A stretch of 64,000 bases of DNA from Octopus sinensis (Eukaryota), in NCBI RefSeq assembly GCF_006345805.1, contig NC_043018.1, forward strand, positions 9,734,001 through 9,798,000. The letters are read 5' to 3'. This document shows positions 1-12,400 of the stretch, piece by piece (the stretch's first letter is position 1; every line of letters begins with the position of its first letter). Below the pieces are notes generated by a model. The model was not told where the DNA came from and made no database searches. It saw only the letters and a list, made by a program, of their open reading frames with translations. The position numbers and the translations under genes are program-made.

Positions 1-178
1 AATCCAGTTGAAATGAAATCGAAACTATAACAAATTCGGTTTTACAAACGTCAGATAGGAAATTACTGTACAATGGATCCAGACACCGTGAAAGCAGCTA
101 TATGTACATTCAATACATATTCTTCATGTTATATAAATATAATGAAATCATGAGATTTCGCTATCGTCACTTCCAAAT

Positions 179-535
179 AGGCGCAGAAGTGGCTGTGGTA
201 AGTAGCTTTCTTTACCAATCACACGGTTCCGGGTTCAGTCCCTCTGCGTGGCACCTTGGGCAAGTGTCTGCTACTATAGCTTCGGGCTGACCAAAGCCTT
301 GTGAGTGGATTTGGTAAACGGAAACTGAAAGAAGCCCGTTATATATGTGTGTGCGTGTTTATGCTTGAAATTGATGTTGGTGTGTTTACGTCATCATAAC
401 TTAGCACTTCGGCAAAAGAGACTGATAGAATAAGTACTAGGCTTACAAAGAATAAGTACTGCAGTCGATTTGTTTGACTGAAGGCAATGCTCCAGTATGG
501 CCACAGTCAAATGACTAAAACAAATAATAGAATAA
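179..535 (+). mobile_element. SINE family A (tRNA-like head, CCTTGGGCAAG core, internal microsatellite)
   Basis: About 20 copies or fragments in the window, e.g. 3345-3510(-), 17322-17460(+), 22196-22335(-), 23345-23705(-), 35220-35512(-), 44482-44645(+), 61840-61995(+). Confidence 0.85.
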
Positions 536-1795
536 CAATTTACTTTCACTTTTTTTTTAATGACACTAAAGATTACGTTAACCCGTACAATATTTGGTGC
601 CACTTGATCATGCTGTCTATCTGCCCATTTATGCTTTTAGTGTGCACTTTACACTTTCGCATGTGGTCTAACCTTAACCCTAACCCTCAACCAGTTCAGA
701 TCATTCCACAGCACTGACTACACATACTGCAGTTGACCCCTTGGTAAAGCTGTTCCCGGTATTCTTTCTACATTGCACTTGTTCTCTATGAGAGTGAGTT
801 CGGCCAAATGAAATCTGGTTCTACAAAATTCCTCGGAAAAAAAATAATAAAAAGAAGCCTTTGACGGTTCAGAACCTCTAACGATAATTAAAGTCGGAGG
901 AAGAAAATAATTACTTCCTGTTGGAAGTGACGTAACTGAAAAACTATGTCGGGAAGGTCAGGGCCGCCGACCTTTTGAAGGCCCGCACCCAGATGGGTGG
1001 GATAGATAAAGCTGATACCCAGCCCCCTGAATAATCTCTCTGTAAAGGTCAGTTTCAAGAGGGAGGGGGAACCAAGGTGTGGGTTGAGGGGAACTTTACT
1101 AAAGGTACTTTGAGTATCAGGTGTAGTGGTGATGGATGCATGTTGTTTAGCTCAGGTTTAGTTGGCGTATGATTAAAGGCTTTCTTTCCATGACCATCCT
1201 GTGTTTTTTTCATATATATATATAGAGAGAGAGATAGATATAAGAGTGCATTGGCTTATATATACTTTTGATAAAGTTTGAAGTATAAGATTTTCGGGAG
1301 GTTTGGCTGTTATTTCTAGTAAGTGGGAAAATACCCTCTGATATATATATATATATATATGAAAATGATGTGCTACATCAGGTTGGTATGAGGTAGCCCA
1401 CTACTGAATGTAGCGTGTAGATGTAATGCTTCAAGGTTCTCATGTCGGAGTAACCAGTGAAGAACATCAAAGAATCAAGACCAAGAAGGAAGAAATATTG
1501 TTTACATATATTTATCCTTTTGCCTGACAGGTGGTTAAAGAGACAGTAGAAATTCTAGTGATAGTGATGACAAGGATGGCTCACTGGTTAGTAGTTGATA
1601 GTGTAGAAAAAGGTTGTCTGTCTGTAGAGAGTGAAAGAGTAGGGAATGCACGGTGCTGACTAGAAAGGAAGAAAGGATAAAGGTGGCATTGTCTTTCTTG
1701 CTTCACTTTGTATATTGAGCTAAGGGCGAAGGGAAAGTGCTGCAAAAGACAGGGTTGCTCCTTGGCCTGGCTGACACAAAATAGAGGAAGACAGG

Positions 1796-1974
1796 AAATG
1801 CTCTCTGTTATATAAACTATGGTCAGTAATGTAGGTCAAACCCTAAATAAAGCACTGACCTTTTCTTGACCAACACACTTGACCGCCAAGGACCTGTGTT
1901 GGTCAAGGAAAGGTCAGTACTTTGTTTAGGGTTTGACCTACATTACTGACCATAGTTTATATAACAGAGCATTT
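1796..1974. repeat. Long inverted repeat (~80-bp arms, 17-nt spacer)
   Basis: 1796-1877 is nearly the reverse complement of 1895-1974. Confidence 0.9.
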
Positions 1975-2215
1975 TTCTTTAAAAAAATAATAAGTAGGTA
2001 TAAACACATGAACAAAATAAACAAAAACAAATTACAGGAATGTGTATAAACAGGAGATACAAATATTGCAGGCACTCCCCCACCCCCACTAACTAAACAT
2101 AGACACACATAGGGATATAGGCATGCGCAAATAAAGACACAATAAGAATACAAAATACAAAATGGTTGATCGTTAGTAAGGAGAGACACACAAATAAAAA
2201 GAAGAAAGCAAAGGA

Positions 2216-2255
2216 CCACTGATGAGGTCACGGGAGTGTGACGAAAGAACTTTGG
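2216..2255 (+). ncRNA. Minimal type I hammerhead ribozyme motif
   Basis: CCA-CTGATGA-G-GTCAC(gggagt)GTGAC-GAAA-GAAC-TT-TGG. Core and stem II are intact; stems I and III are short. Confidence 0.6.
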
Positions 2256-2369
2256 CTGAAATAAGATTAAGATTAATGTAAAAAATAAATAAAGCTGAAG
2301 CAAATTGACACCAAATATATATTGTGTATGTTTTTATTGGCTAAACTGGCAACATGACCATTTCTAAAT

Positions 2370-3270
2370 ACAACAATATATATATAATTTACTGCATCAA
2401 ATGCCCAAATTGTGAAGAAATATATGTAGGTCAGACGGGGAAATGCACTATCAGAACGCTCACGTGTACACTGACAACAGATTAGAGACCCAGAGGTCTG
2501 TCAGATACCTTTGAGTAACCACCTAGCAACATGTGGCCAGAAAATATATATAATATTTCCATTCTACAAATTACACAGCTCAAGTGAAATCAAGAGGAAA
2601 ATCAGAGAAAAGAATTTTATTGATAAATTCGAACCCAAGCTAAATAAGCAATAATAATAATACTTAGAGGTACTACTTCTACTGCTACGACCATGACAAC
2701 AACAATACTAAAGGTGATCAAGATGAAGATAGCAGGAAAATTATCTTATTTAGGGTTAAAAGTTCTATTGCCACCACCATCACCACTAGCAACAATAATT
2801 AAGGTGCTGACAATAATGATGATGACATTTGAAATATAAAAATCCCTGACAAAGGCTATTTACAACATTTCTAAAAATAGCCCAACAATTGCTGCCTCAG
2901 CAATACAGGACTCTTGATATGTTCAACAAAGCGTGACGCCTAAACCAATCACCTTAAGTAATTGAGTGATGCTACACACTGATTGGTCAGAATACAGGTT
3001 GCAAAACCTAGCAATCTGGAGCCTCCACAGGTGTATTTAAGGCACAGATTTAACCATCTCGCTACAGTCAAAAATTGAGAAGCATGACTGTCACCACTAC
3101 TACATGAACCTGAAGATTGCATAATTTAATGCATGAAAGTACTAGTTCAATCAGAATGAACATTTAACATTCTACTATTTTATTTTATTCTATTATATTA
3201 TCTTATATTATATCATTATAAGATTGTAAATAAAACGTGAAAATCAGACAAGGTTGGAATTCCTTTTATT
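2370..3270 (+). mobile_element. Penelope-like retroelement 3' relic (GIY-YIG endonuclease pseudogene plus pLTR)
   Basis: Manual translation from ~2386 gives IYCIKCPNCEEIYVGQTG/fs/NALSERSRVH*QQIRD...HL..C...REKNFIDKFEPKLN, with one frameshift and one stop. A hammerhead follows downstream, then a TA microsatellite. Confidence 0.85.
3105..3149 (+). ncRNA. Minimal type I hammerhead ribozyme in the Penelope pLTR
   Basis: TGAAC-CTGAAGA-T-TGCAT(aattta)ATGCA-T-GAAA-GTAC-TA-GTTCA. 5-bp stem I, palindromic AGTACT stem III, CUA cleavage site. Confidence 0.75.
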
Positions 3271-3288
3271 AATATATATATATATATA

Positions 3289-3321
<33 letters not shown>

Positions 3322-3665
3322 TATATGTATATATACACATATATACAATGGGCTTCTTTCAGTTTCCATCTACCAAATCCACTTATAAGGCTTTGGTTGG
3401 CCCGAGGCTATAGCAGAAGACACTTGCCCAAGGTGCCATGCAGTGGGACTGAACCCGGAACCATGTGGTTGGTAAGCAAGCTACTTACCACACACCCACT
3501 CCTACGCCTATGTATATATATCCCATATTTTGCACACCGCTATTTACATGGAGCTATCGAAGGTAGGCAGTTGGGAATGATGCCAGCATGTATTGTACAT
3601 CTTACAATGTTTTTCTTAATCCTTTACGATCATAGTTTGGACTGAAGCATACTGGTCATTTGGGC

Positions 3666-3744
3666 GGAGGTAAAGAAAACGCACACCACCCGTTTTCCAC
3701 ACAACCCTAACCATAAACCGTTGGTGTGTGTATTCTTTACCTTC
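3666..3744. mobile_element. Tiny MITE-like hairpin with internal AACCCTAACC
   Basis: 23-bp imperfect TIRs (ggaggtaaagaaaacgcacacca / tggtgtgtgtattctttaccttc). No clear TSD. Confidence 0.5.
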
Positions 3745-4244
3745 ACTGTTCGTTTGTTATTCAAACATTTGTCAACCTGTAAAACACAGGAATTATTTAT
3801 TTTATTTACTTTTCTTTGGTCGCCCTGTATTGAGTGCGGATGTTTGCTCTCTCGCTCTCACCTTCCTTGCGCTCGTGTCTTTGGTTTAATTGCTTATCAT
3901 TGATAAGCAAATTATCAAAAGAAGACGATTGCAATTATTGATAAGTTATCACTAATTACAACGATCTCCTTTTGATAATTTGTTGAGATGTCTAGAACCA
4001 TTTAACTCTTCACGAACTGTTATCCCCCCCTCCATCTCTCTCTCTCTCTCCACGACTGCAGTATACCCAAGAAGCAAAGGAGCCTCATTCTTTCTTCCAA
4101 GCTGTCTATCCCTTTTACAAACTCCCTCTCCCGCCATATCACTGTGACCTTTGAAGGCAACGATCGTAAAACAAATTATCTAATTACACGCGGAGACATA
4201 ATTATCTTGTAAAAACCATTCATACAACTTCAATCATGCAACAC

Positions 4245-4295
<51 letters not shown>

Positions 4296-5405
4296 TGCTT
4301 TCTTGGGTTGTTTCTTAATTTGGCACCAATGTTTTGACACGCCTATATAAATTCTTAAGAGGCTCCTTTAAAGTCGCAGAGGAGTGGTGGTGGTGGTGGT
4401 GGTGGGTGATTATGGTGGTGGTGGTCGTGGTGGTAATGGTGTTTGATCTTGCTGTTTAGAAACGTTAGGATCTGGGGGCAAATGGGTTTGATAGATAGGC
4501 AGGGACGTTGGATTCTTCTTCGCGATGTTTTCGAAAGATTTGGAAAGCCTTGTGTGGAATCCTTCAAAAGTTAGTTTCTGGTTTAAACATTAAGTAAGGT
4601 CCTAGGTAAACGAAAGGGGTTGGGGGCATGCTCAAAAGGTGGCGGGGGGGGATGTACGGTGTTGATATTAAACGGGGGGGGGGGCAGGGCAGCGGGAGGA
4701 GTTGTATAAATGTTATTTTCTAAAACAATGATACGCTTATTTCACATCTGCCCTCCCTGTTGTTATCTTAAGAGGATTAAGAGACAACAATAATAATAAT
4801 AATAATGATGATGATGATGATAATTCTCATTGATATAATAAAACCCCTTTATTTTAGTAGATGTTTTGACTTATCAATTAGATTTTGGGTATTGAAAGAT
4901 GAGCAGACAGTGGGGGTTGGTAGGGAAGAAAACTGAAGAAGATAAAGATGAAGGAGAAGATGATGAAGAAGGATGGAGAAGGAGAAAAAGATGACTGAAG
5001 AAGGAAGAGGGGGATGAAGAGGAAGAAATGGAAGAAGAAAAGAAGCCATGGAAGAAGAAGATGTTATTGTTCCCTATTTTCGTTTACTGGTTCCTTTATC
5101 GTGTCTTTGACAAAATTATGAATTATTTACCATTTCTTGCTCCCTCACCGGAATTTCTCTTGTTTTAGCCTCTCTTTTATTATTATTATTATTATTAGTA
5201 ACATCGTCGTCATCATCATCATCATCATCACTGTCGCCATTGCTATTATGGAACAACAAACTCATATTCCTTGCCAAAATATCCACCCTGCCCCACCCTG
5301 TCCTGCCAGAAGATGGCAATCTTGAAGAACAATGATAAAAAGATCCAGTGGAGGCAGGAGGCTGAAGGGGAGTAACATGTATCAACAAAGTCTCCCTCCT
5401 CTACG

Positions 5406-5445
5406 ATGATGACTATTTCCACAATCAAGATGATGGCATCTCATG
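5406..5445 (+). CDS. Candidate first coding exon (MMTISTIKMMASH + G)
   Basis: ATG at 5406 and a weak donor G|GTACCC after 5445 give phase 1. This is what the 8159 exon needs (G+AT = Asp). No transcript evidence. Confidence 0.25.
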
Positions 5446-5854
5446 GTACCCAACACCACTCACTCCTCTCCTTCTTCTGGCCTTCAATTCCTTTATCTTG
5501 GAATTCTCTCTCCTTTTCTCTACCTGTATTGCATGTGTGTTTGTTTGTTTGTTTGTTTGTGTGTGTGTGTGAGAGAGAGAGAGAGATTAAATACTTGGAT
5601 TATTTTGCCATGGGTGGTAACATTTTAAGTGAGTTTTCTCTTCTGATATCATTTCAATCTTAATATATATTTTTTCTACCCCAAATATATTCTCAGAATA
5701 TGCATATATTTCTGAGGTGTGGGGGTGCATATTTAGGAAGATACACACACACACACCCTTTCTATCTATCTATATACATACATACACACATGTACATGTG
5801 TGTGCACATGCTTGCTTGCACACATTTGTATTTATTTATTTATTTATTTATTTA

Positions 5855-5889
<35 letters not shown>

Positions 5890-6274
5890 AATTCCATATT
5901 TGTCTTATGTTCAAATCTAAAATCTAAAGGAGATTTTCAAAATATTTAAACATCATACAAAAGAATTCAGTGAAACAAAAGAAATTCTGTTCCTATCAAA
6001 GGCCATCATTTTTGTTGTTGTTTCTAATATTCTTTGCCATCGATGACTTCTTTTTATGAAACCAACTAAAAACCTTAATTTTTGTTTTCCAAAATACCTG
6101 GAAGAATTATTAGAATCTAATAGCATTTCTGCAATGGAAAATATATCGATTGCTTTTTTTTAAAATTTTATTTCTCGACATTTAGATCTGAAAGTGGATC
6201 AAATGAATTAAATTCTATTAATCTTAAATTAGTTGGAAATTCTTAGAAAAGATGAACTTTGAGTTGCTGAAGGC

Positions 6275-7790
6275 AGGAACTATATACAGGAAGGTGGAGT
6301 TCCAGGTTTCTTAGGGATGTCTGGAACACACCTGAGTTCTCAGCGAATTGAACCAGAAGGCCAAGGGAAGCAAAGACAACTTGACAATGGTGTGGCTAGA
6401 TCTAGCAGACACATACTGAACAATTCTTCATGCCCTTGTATGTGCAGCCCTTGATTTCTACCATATCCCTCTGCACATCGAGGGAATGATCAACAGCTGC
6501 TTTTGGGGCCACCCAGTTATGGTTCACAACTCAGTGGCAAGACCTGAAGAAAGGAATCATAGGTGGTTGCACAATTTCCCTGCATCCTTTCCATCATGGA
6601 AATGAATCTCCTCATAACAGCCGCTGGTAATGAAAGCCAAGGACCAACAATGGAATCAGGCAGCCAACAACATTCAATAAGGGGTTTCATGGATGATCTT
6701 ACAGTGACAATCACAAAACTATGTGAAGGCAGAAAGGGTGCTGACTTCACTTGAACACATGGCAGTATGGGCTAGAATAAAGTTTAAGCCCAAGAAATCA
6801 AAGAGTTATGGTGATCCTGAGAGGAAAATTATAAAATAGAATCAAGCTGCAAGTGCAAGGAGAGGCCATCCCTTCAAAAGAGGAAAATCCAGTTGGATAC
6901 TTTGGAAAGAGGTTTGATGATTTGCTCTCAGACGGAAGCAATGACACCAATGCTGTGAAGCTAGCAGAGAAGGGGCTGAGGAGGATTGAAAGATCAGGGC
7001 TTCCAGGAAAATACAAGGCATGGTTCTACCAAGACAGATTGCTTCCTAGACCTGTGTGGTTATTGACAGAGTATGAGATTCCAGTGACAAATACCTCCAA
7101 AAGTGACTAGGTGTCCCTACAAGTTTCGCTTCAATAGGCCTGTACATAAAATCAGGGCAGCTATAAGTTCCCCTGTCATCCTTGGTGGAGGAATTCAAAG
7201 TCGTGAAATGTAGAGTTGCAGTGATGTAGAGGGACTTGGAAGATGAGTGTGTCAGACATGTAAGTATCACCACAAAGTCTGGGTGAAAGTGGGTGGCCAG
7301 CACCACAGTTGAACAGGGTGGAAGCATGCTGGAGCTACATGAGATCATGCAGAGGTTGGCAGGATCTTGATTCTTCCTATTTCCAACAATGGAAGAAGAG
7401 GCAGACATGGAAGGAGAGGAAGGCCATGGTCCAGGCAGAAGTGTGGAACCAGGAGGAAGAAAGAAAAAGGTTGAGTTGTAGAGTTTTGGGGTGCCTGGAC
7501 CAAATGGCACCTCTCCAAGAAGAAGGTCATATAAACAGACCTGTGGACACGGGAACCTTTCTGTATCTCTTTCTTGCTGCAGGGGCAATGTATGATACAC
7601 TCCCAGTATCATCAAGCCTGCACAGATGGGATTTGAGTGCAGACCAGCTGTATAGACTTTGTGAAGAAAAGGGCACCCTGGCACACATCTTATCAGGGTG
7701 CAAAATAGCTCTTACTTAAGGGAGATACAAGTGATGCCACAACAAGGTGCTTGCAACACTCACCCACATCCTGGAGAAGGAAAGGCTCAA
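6275..7790 (+). mobile_element. Decayed RLE-type non-LTR retrotransposon (HERO/NeSL-like), RT plus zinc-knuckle fragment
   Basis: Across frameshifts and stops: GCLEH, VWLDLAD, GFMDDLTV, KFKPKKSR, SGLPGKYKAWFYQ, RLC..GTLAHILSGC..AL..GRYK..HNKVL. Truncated before the endonuclease. Confidence 0.85.
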
Positions 7791-8158
7791 CTAACATCAT
7801 CATCATCATCATCATCATCATCATAATAATAATAATAATCCTTCTGTAGGCACAAAGCCTGAAATTTGAGGGAGGGGGATAATCGATTACATCGACCCCA
7901 GCGCGTAGCTAGTACTTAATTTATCAACCCTGAAAGGATGAAAAGCAAAGTCAACTCAGAACATAACGATGGGCAAAATTCCACTAAGCGTTTCGTCCAG
8001 CGTGCTAATGATTCTGCCAGCTCACTGCCATCCTCCTCCTCCTCATCATCATCATAATAAATGATAACAAAAATCTCTTACCAAATATTTTATAATGTAA
8101 TGTGTGTGAAGTCATATATTTAATGATTGTTAATTAATATCTCGTTTGTCTGTTGCAG

Positions 8159-8229
8159 ATCAAGCCGACTCAAGCTCAGAAGCCAGCCGCACTTGGTATA
8201 AAGCTGAACGAGTAGTTATGATGTACAAG
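8159..8229 (+). CDS. Spectraplakin exon ([23 protein letters not shown])
   Basis: tgttgcag acceptor and AAG|GTGAGA donor. Open frame ends in phase 0, compatible with the 15385 exon. Confidence 0.65.
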
Positions 8230-9209
8230 GTGAGAGGCATAGCACATTATAGATTGAAGCTGTTTAACTGAATAAAACATCTTCATGTCCCCTGGGGGTA
8301 GATACCGGTTTAAAATTTTGGTACATCATCATCATCATCGTCGTTTAACGTCCGTTTTCCATGCTAGCATGGGTTGGACGGTTCGACTGGGGTCTGGGAA
8401 GCCAGGAGGCTGCACCAGGCTCCAGTCTGATCTGGCAGTGTTTCTACAGCTGGATGCCCTTCCTAACGCCAACCACTCCGTGAGTGCAGTGGGTGCATTT
8501 TACGTGCCACCGGCACGGAAGCCAGTCGAGGCGGCACTGGCATCGGCCACGATTTGGATCGTGTTTTTACATGCCAATGGCACAGAAGCCAGTCGAGGCA
8601 GCGCTGGCAACTGCCACGTTCGGATGGCGCTTTTTATGTGCCACCGGCAATGGTATCACAACTACAATTTCTATTGATTTTAGGCCAGCAATTTAGGGGA
8701 AAGAGTTTAGTTGGTTACATCCAACCCCCATTGTCTTACTGGTATTATTTTATTGATCCCAAAAGGATGAAAGACAAAATCGACCTTGGTGGAATTTGAA
8801 CTCAGAACATTAATTGATGAGGTGTGAATATCATGTAGGTTGAAATCAGAGGGTTAACTGGGTCAGACGTACAGAGTTAACATGTAAATTGGGGAGTGAG
8901 GGTTAACTGGATGTTTGTGGATAATATGTATAATTGGACAGAGGGTTAATTGGGTGAGATGTGTATTGATTATATGTAGACGGAGAAAGAGGGTTAACTT
9001 GGTGTGATGTGTGCTGATAATGTGAAGTTGAAACTGCTGTTGGAAGTCAGTGGTTTGAAGCAAATATATAGAATGTTGCCGTTTGGTATGGTGTCTAGAA
9101 AAGAGCAGTGTGTTGAAGTGTTGAAGTGTTCAGCACAGACTGAAGAGTGGGGGAGAGAAAGAGAGAAGAAACGGAGAGATATACACAGACAGTAAGTGGG
9201 AAAAGGCAA

Positions 9210-9250
<41 letters not shown>

Positions 9251-9438
9251 GTGAGGCACACAGTAAAGGAGAGTGAGGCAGAGGAAGTGAGACGATAGAG
9301 AGAGAGAGAAAGACAGTAAGGCAAAAAGAGATAGACAGAGAGAGAGAGAGAGAAGTGAGGGGCAGAGTCTGAAATGGAATTTAATCGTTTTGTTATTCTC
9401 AGTGTTCACTTGGGGAATTTTCCAGATCCCAAAACAAA

Positions 9439-9487
<49 letters not shown>

Positions 9488-12400
9488 CCCCCCCAACTTA
9501 CAAGCATTTCATATCTCATATCTTAGATTATTCTCCTTGGTTCCATTAACATCAACCTGTTTATGCTGCTGGGCTTCTTATTTTTAGGGTGTCTAAATAC
9601 AGCACGTTTGGTTTCATCATCCGTGAAGTCACGTGGCGGAAAAACAATCTGTTGAATAACAGAAATAATCATCATCATCATCATCATCAGCATCATCATT
9701 CAATGTCCATTTTCCCAGCTGGCATGGATTGGATGGTTTGACAGGAACAGACAAGTCAGAAAACTTACTCCAAGATCTGCTGTCTGTTTTGGTATGGTTT
9801 CCTACGGCTGGGTGCTCTTCCTAATGCCAACCACTTCACAGAGTGTAGTGGGTGGTCCTTTTGAAGTGGCACCAGCACAGGTACTGTATGCATGACACCA
9901 GCACGGGTGCTTTTTATGTGGCACCAGCAGGTGTGGGGTCACCATGTAAATTGCAGGACAAGACCCCACTCAACTGGGAGGAGTAGTATTGTTGAGAGAC
10001 CAAAAAAAAGGTGTCTTGTAGAATTCTCTCTTAGACAGTTTCTCTGTCCTACTGGCGCTAAACCATCTTTTACAAATCCAATGGGGGAATTCCAACCACG
10101 TTTTGTGGTTTGCTACCTCAACAGCTCCTTTATAGGATCCAGTGGCTAAAGACATCATCAGGAGGAACCATATCTAGTTTTGGCCCCTACTCCTCTACTG
10201 TTTATTTTCATTATTTTCAAAATTAATTGAAACAAAAGCCAGTGCTATGTAAAAGGCACCTACCACACTCTTGGAGTGGTCGGCATTAGGAAGGGCATCC
10301 AGCCATAGAAACCATGCCAAATCAGACTGGAACCTGGTGCAGCTCTCCTGCTTGCCAGCTCTGATCAAACCATCCCACCCATGCCAGCATGAAAAACAGA
10401 TGTTAAATGATGATGAGGATGATGATGATGGTGAAAAGCAATGTATTTCATGAGAAATATTATTACAAAAGTGTTTAATTGATTTAAATTAAAATGTCCC
10501 ATCGAAATTTTTTGTTACTTCAGTTTCTGAACACCAGGTTAGTTACACTAAAGTTATTTTAGTAAATCCTTTATTATTTTCAAAATTAATCAGAACAAAG
10601 GCAGAGTACTTCAACAGAAATAGGGTAACAAAAGGGTTAAAAGGTTAATAATGATGGCTTTGACTTAAAAAGGTTAACTTTGCCTTTCACCCTTCTGCAG
10701 GTCTATAAAATAAGGCATCACTCAAATACTGGTATGAACTCAATCACCGAACCCTCTTTCAATCATAGTTCCAACATTGTGCCATTTAGAGAAACAGTTG
10801 TATGAAATTCTCTTTGGAATATCAGAATCTCAGTGGACATTTATTCTTGAAGACTCTGACTCTTTCTCCTTTCTAGCACAAACAGGACACGCCTATAGAA
10901 TGGTTTAGTTGTTTTGTTAAACATAATATGGCAGAATATCTCTAACATATCAGGTTTAGTATTTCACAAAGACATTATTTAGGACTAAATATAGCCTTGC
11001 CGTTGCTGGGTGTTGACAGGAAAACGAAAACTGTTATTTGCGAGTCGTGATGACTTTGTGGTAGATACCATGTTTTAGGTGTTTGTGGAGACATGAGCTG
11101 ACACAAGCATCCTCTTGCTCCTCCTACTCTTGATCTAGTGGAGCATCCAGAATGTAATGGATGGAGAAAATAAGGATTGGAGGAAGAAAGGATTGGAGGC
11201 AGAGAAGAATGGATGAAAAGAGGGCTGGAGCAAGAGAGGGCTGCTCAAATACTTGGCCTTTACTCATTAATGATTGAGTGCCTTGCTCAAGGACATAAGT
11301 GTGCTGCCTGCTCCAGGATATGAACCCATTACATTATGATTATGAGCAGAACATTCTAACCACTTGGCCATTTGGTATCAGAGGGCAAGTGTTGTGTGTG
11401 TGTGTGTGTGTATAAATATATATATATATATATATATCATCATCATCATCATCATCATTTAGCGTCCGCTTTCCATGCTAGCATGGGTTGGACTGTTCAA
11501 CTGGGGTCTGTGAAGCTGGAAGGCTTCGTCAGGCCCAGTCAGATCTGGCAGTGTTTTTACGGCTGGATGCCCTTCCTAACGCCAACCACTCCGTGAGTAT
11601 AGTGGGTGTTTTTTACGTGCCACCCGCACAGGTGCCAGACAGAGCTGGCAAACGGCCACGAACGGATGGTGCTTTTACGTGTCACCGGCACGGGGTCCAG
11701 GCGAGGCTGGCAACGGACATGAATGGATGGTGCTTTTACGTGCCACCGACGCGGGGGCCAGACAGAGCTGGCAAACGGCAAAATATATATATATATATAT
11801 ATGTTTGTATATGTATGTATATATCAGGAGTGTGCGATGATCTTTCTGGCTGGGGAAGCAATGACCCAAATTTTCTGTCGCATAGATATTTGAATCAAAT
11901 TGACTTGTTCATATTATAGAGCTATTTTTAAAATAGAAAAAAAACCCACAATTAAAACTTCCATGTTTTATTTAAATATTAATCCCGTCCTTCTCTCTTT
12001 CTTGTTGAAATTGTTAACACATCGTTGTAGAACATAGTGTTCTTAATGCTTGTTAAAATGGCTTTTTCTTCTATGCCAATTAGAGCTTAACTGTTCAACC
12101 CTTCATGTCCCTGCGAGTTTCTTGTATAATTATGAATTCTCTTTAGGTATGATAAAGGAGCGCTCCTCCGTAGTGCTTGTTGCTGGTAGTGTTAATATTA
12201 ATTCAAAAATTTTTTTTTTTAATTAATATTAATTCATCTGTATGATTTTTCTGTGAGTTTTAGTGGTTTGGTTAAACTGTTGATTCACACACCGAAGTGT
12301 GTGCATCTATTCACATAAGAATCTCACTTGGAGAATTTCTGGATTGTCTTACAAACCTTCTTCACTGTGCCACTAATAGACTGGATTTGAAGAACCCTTA

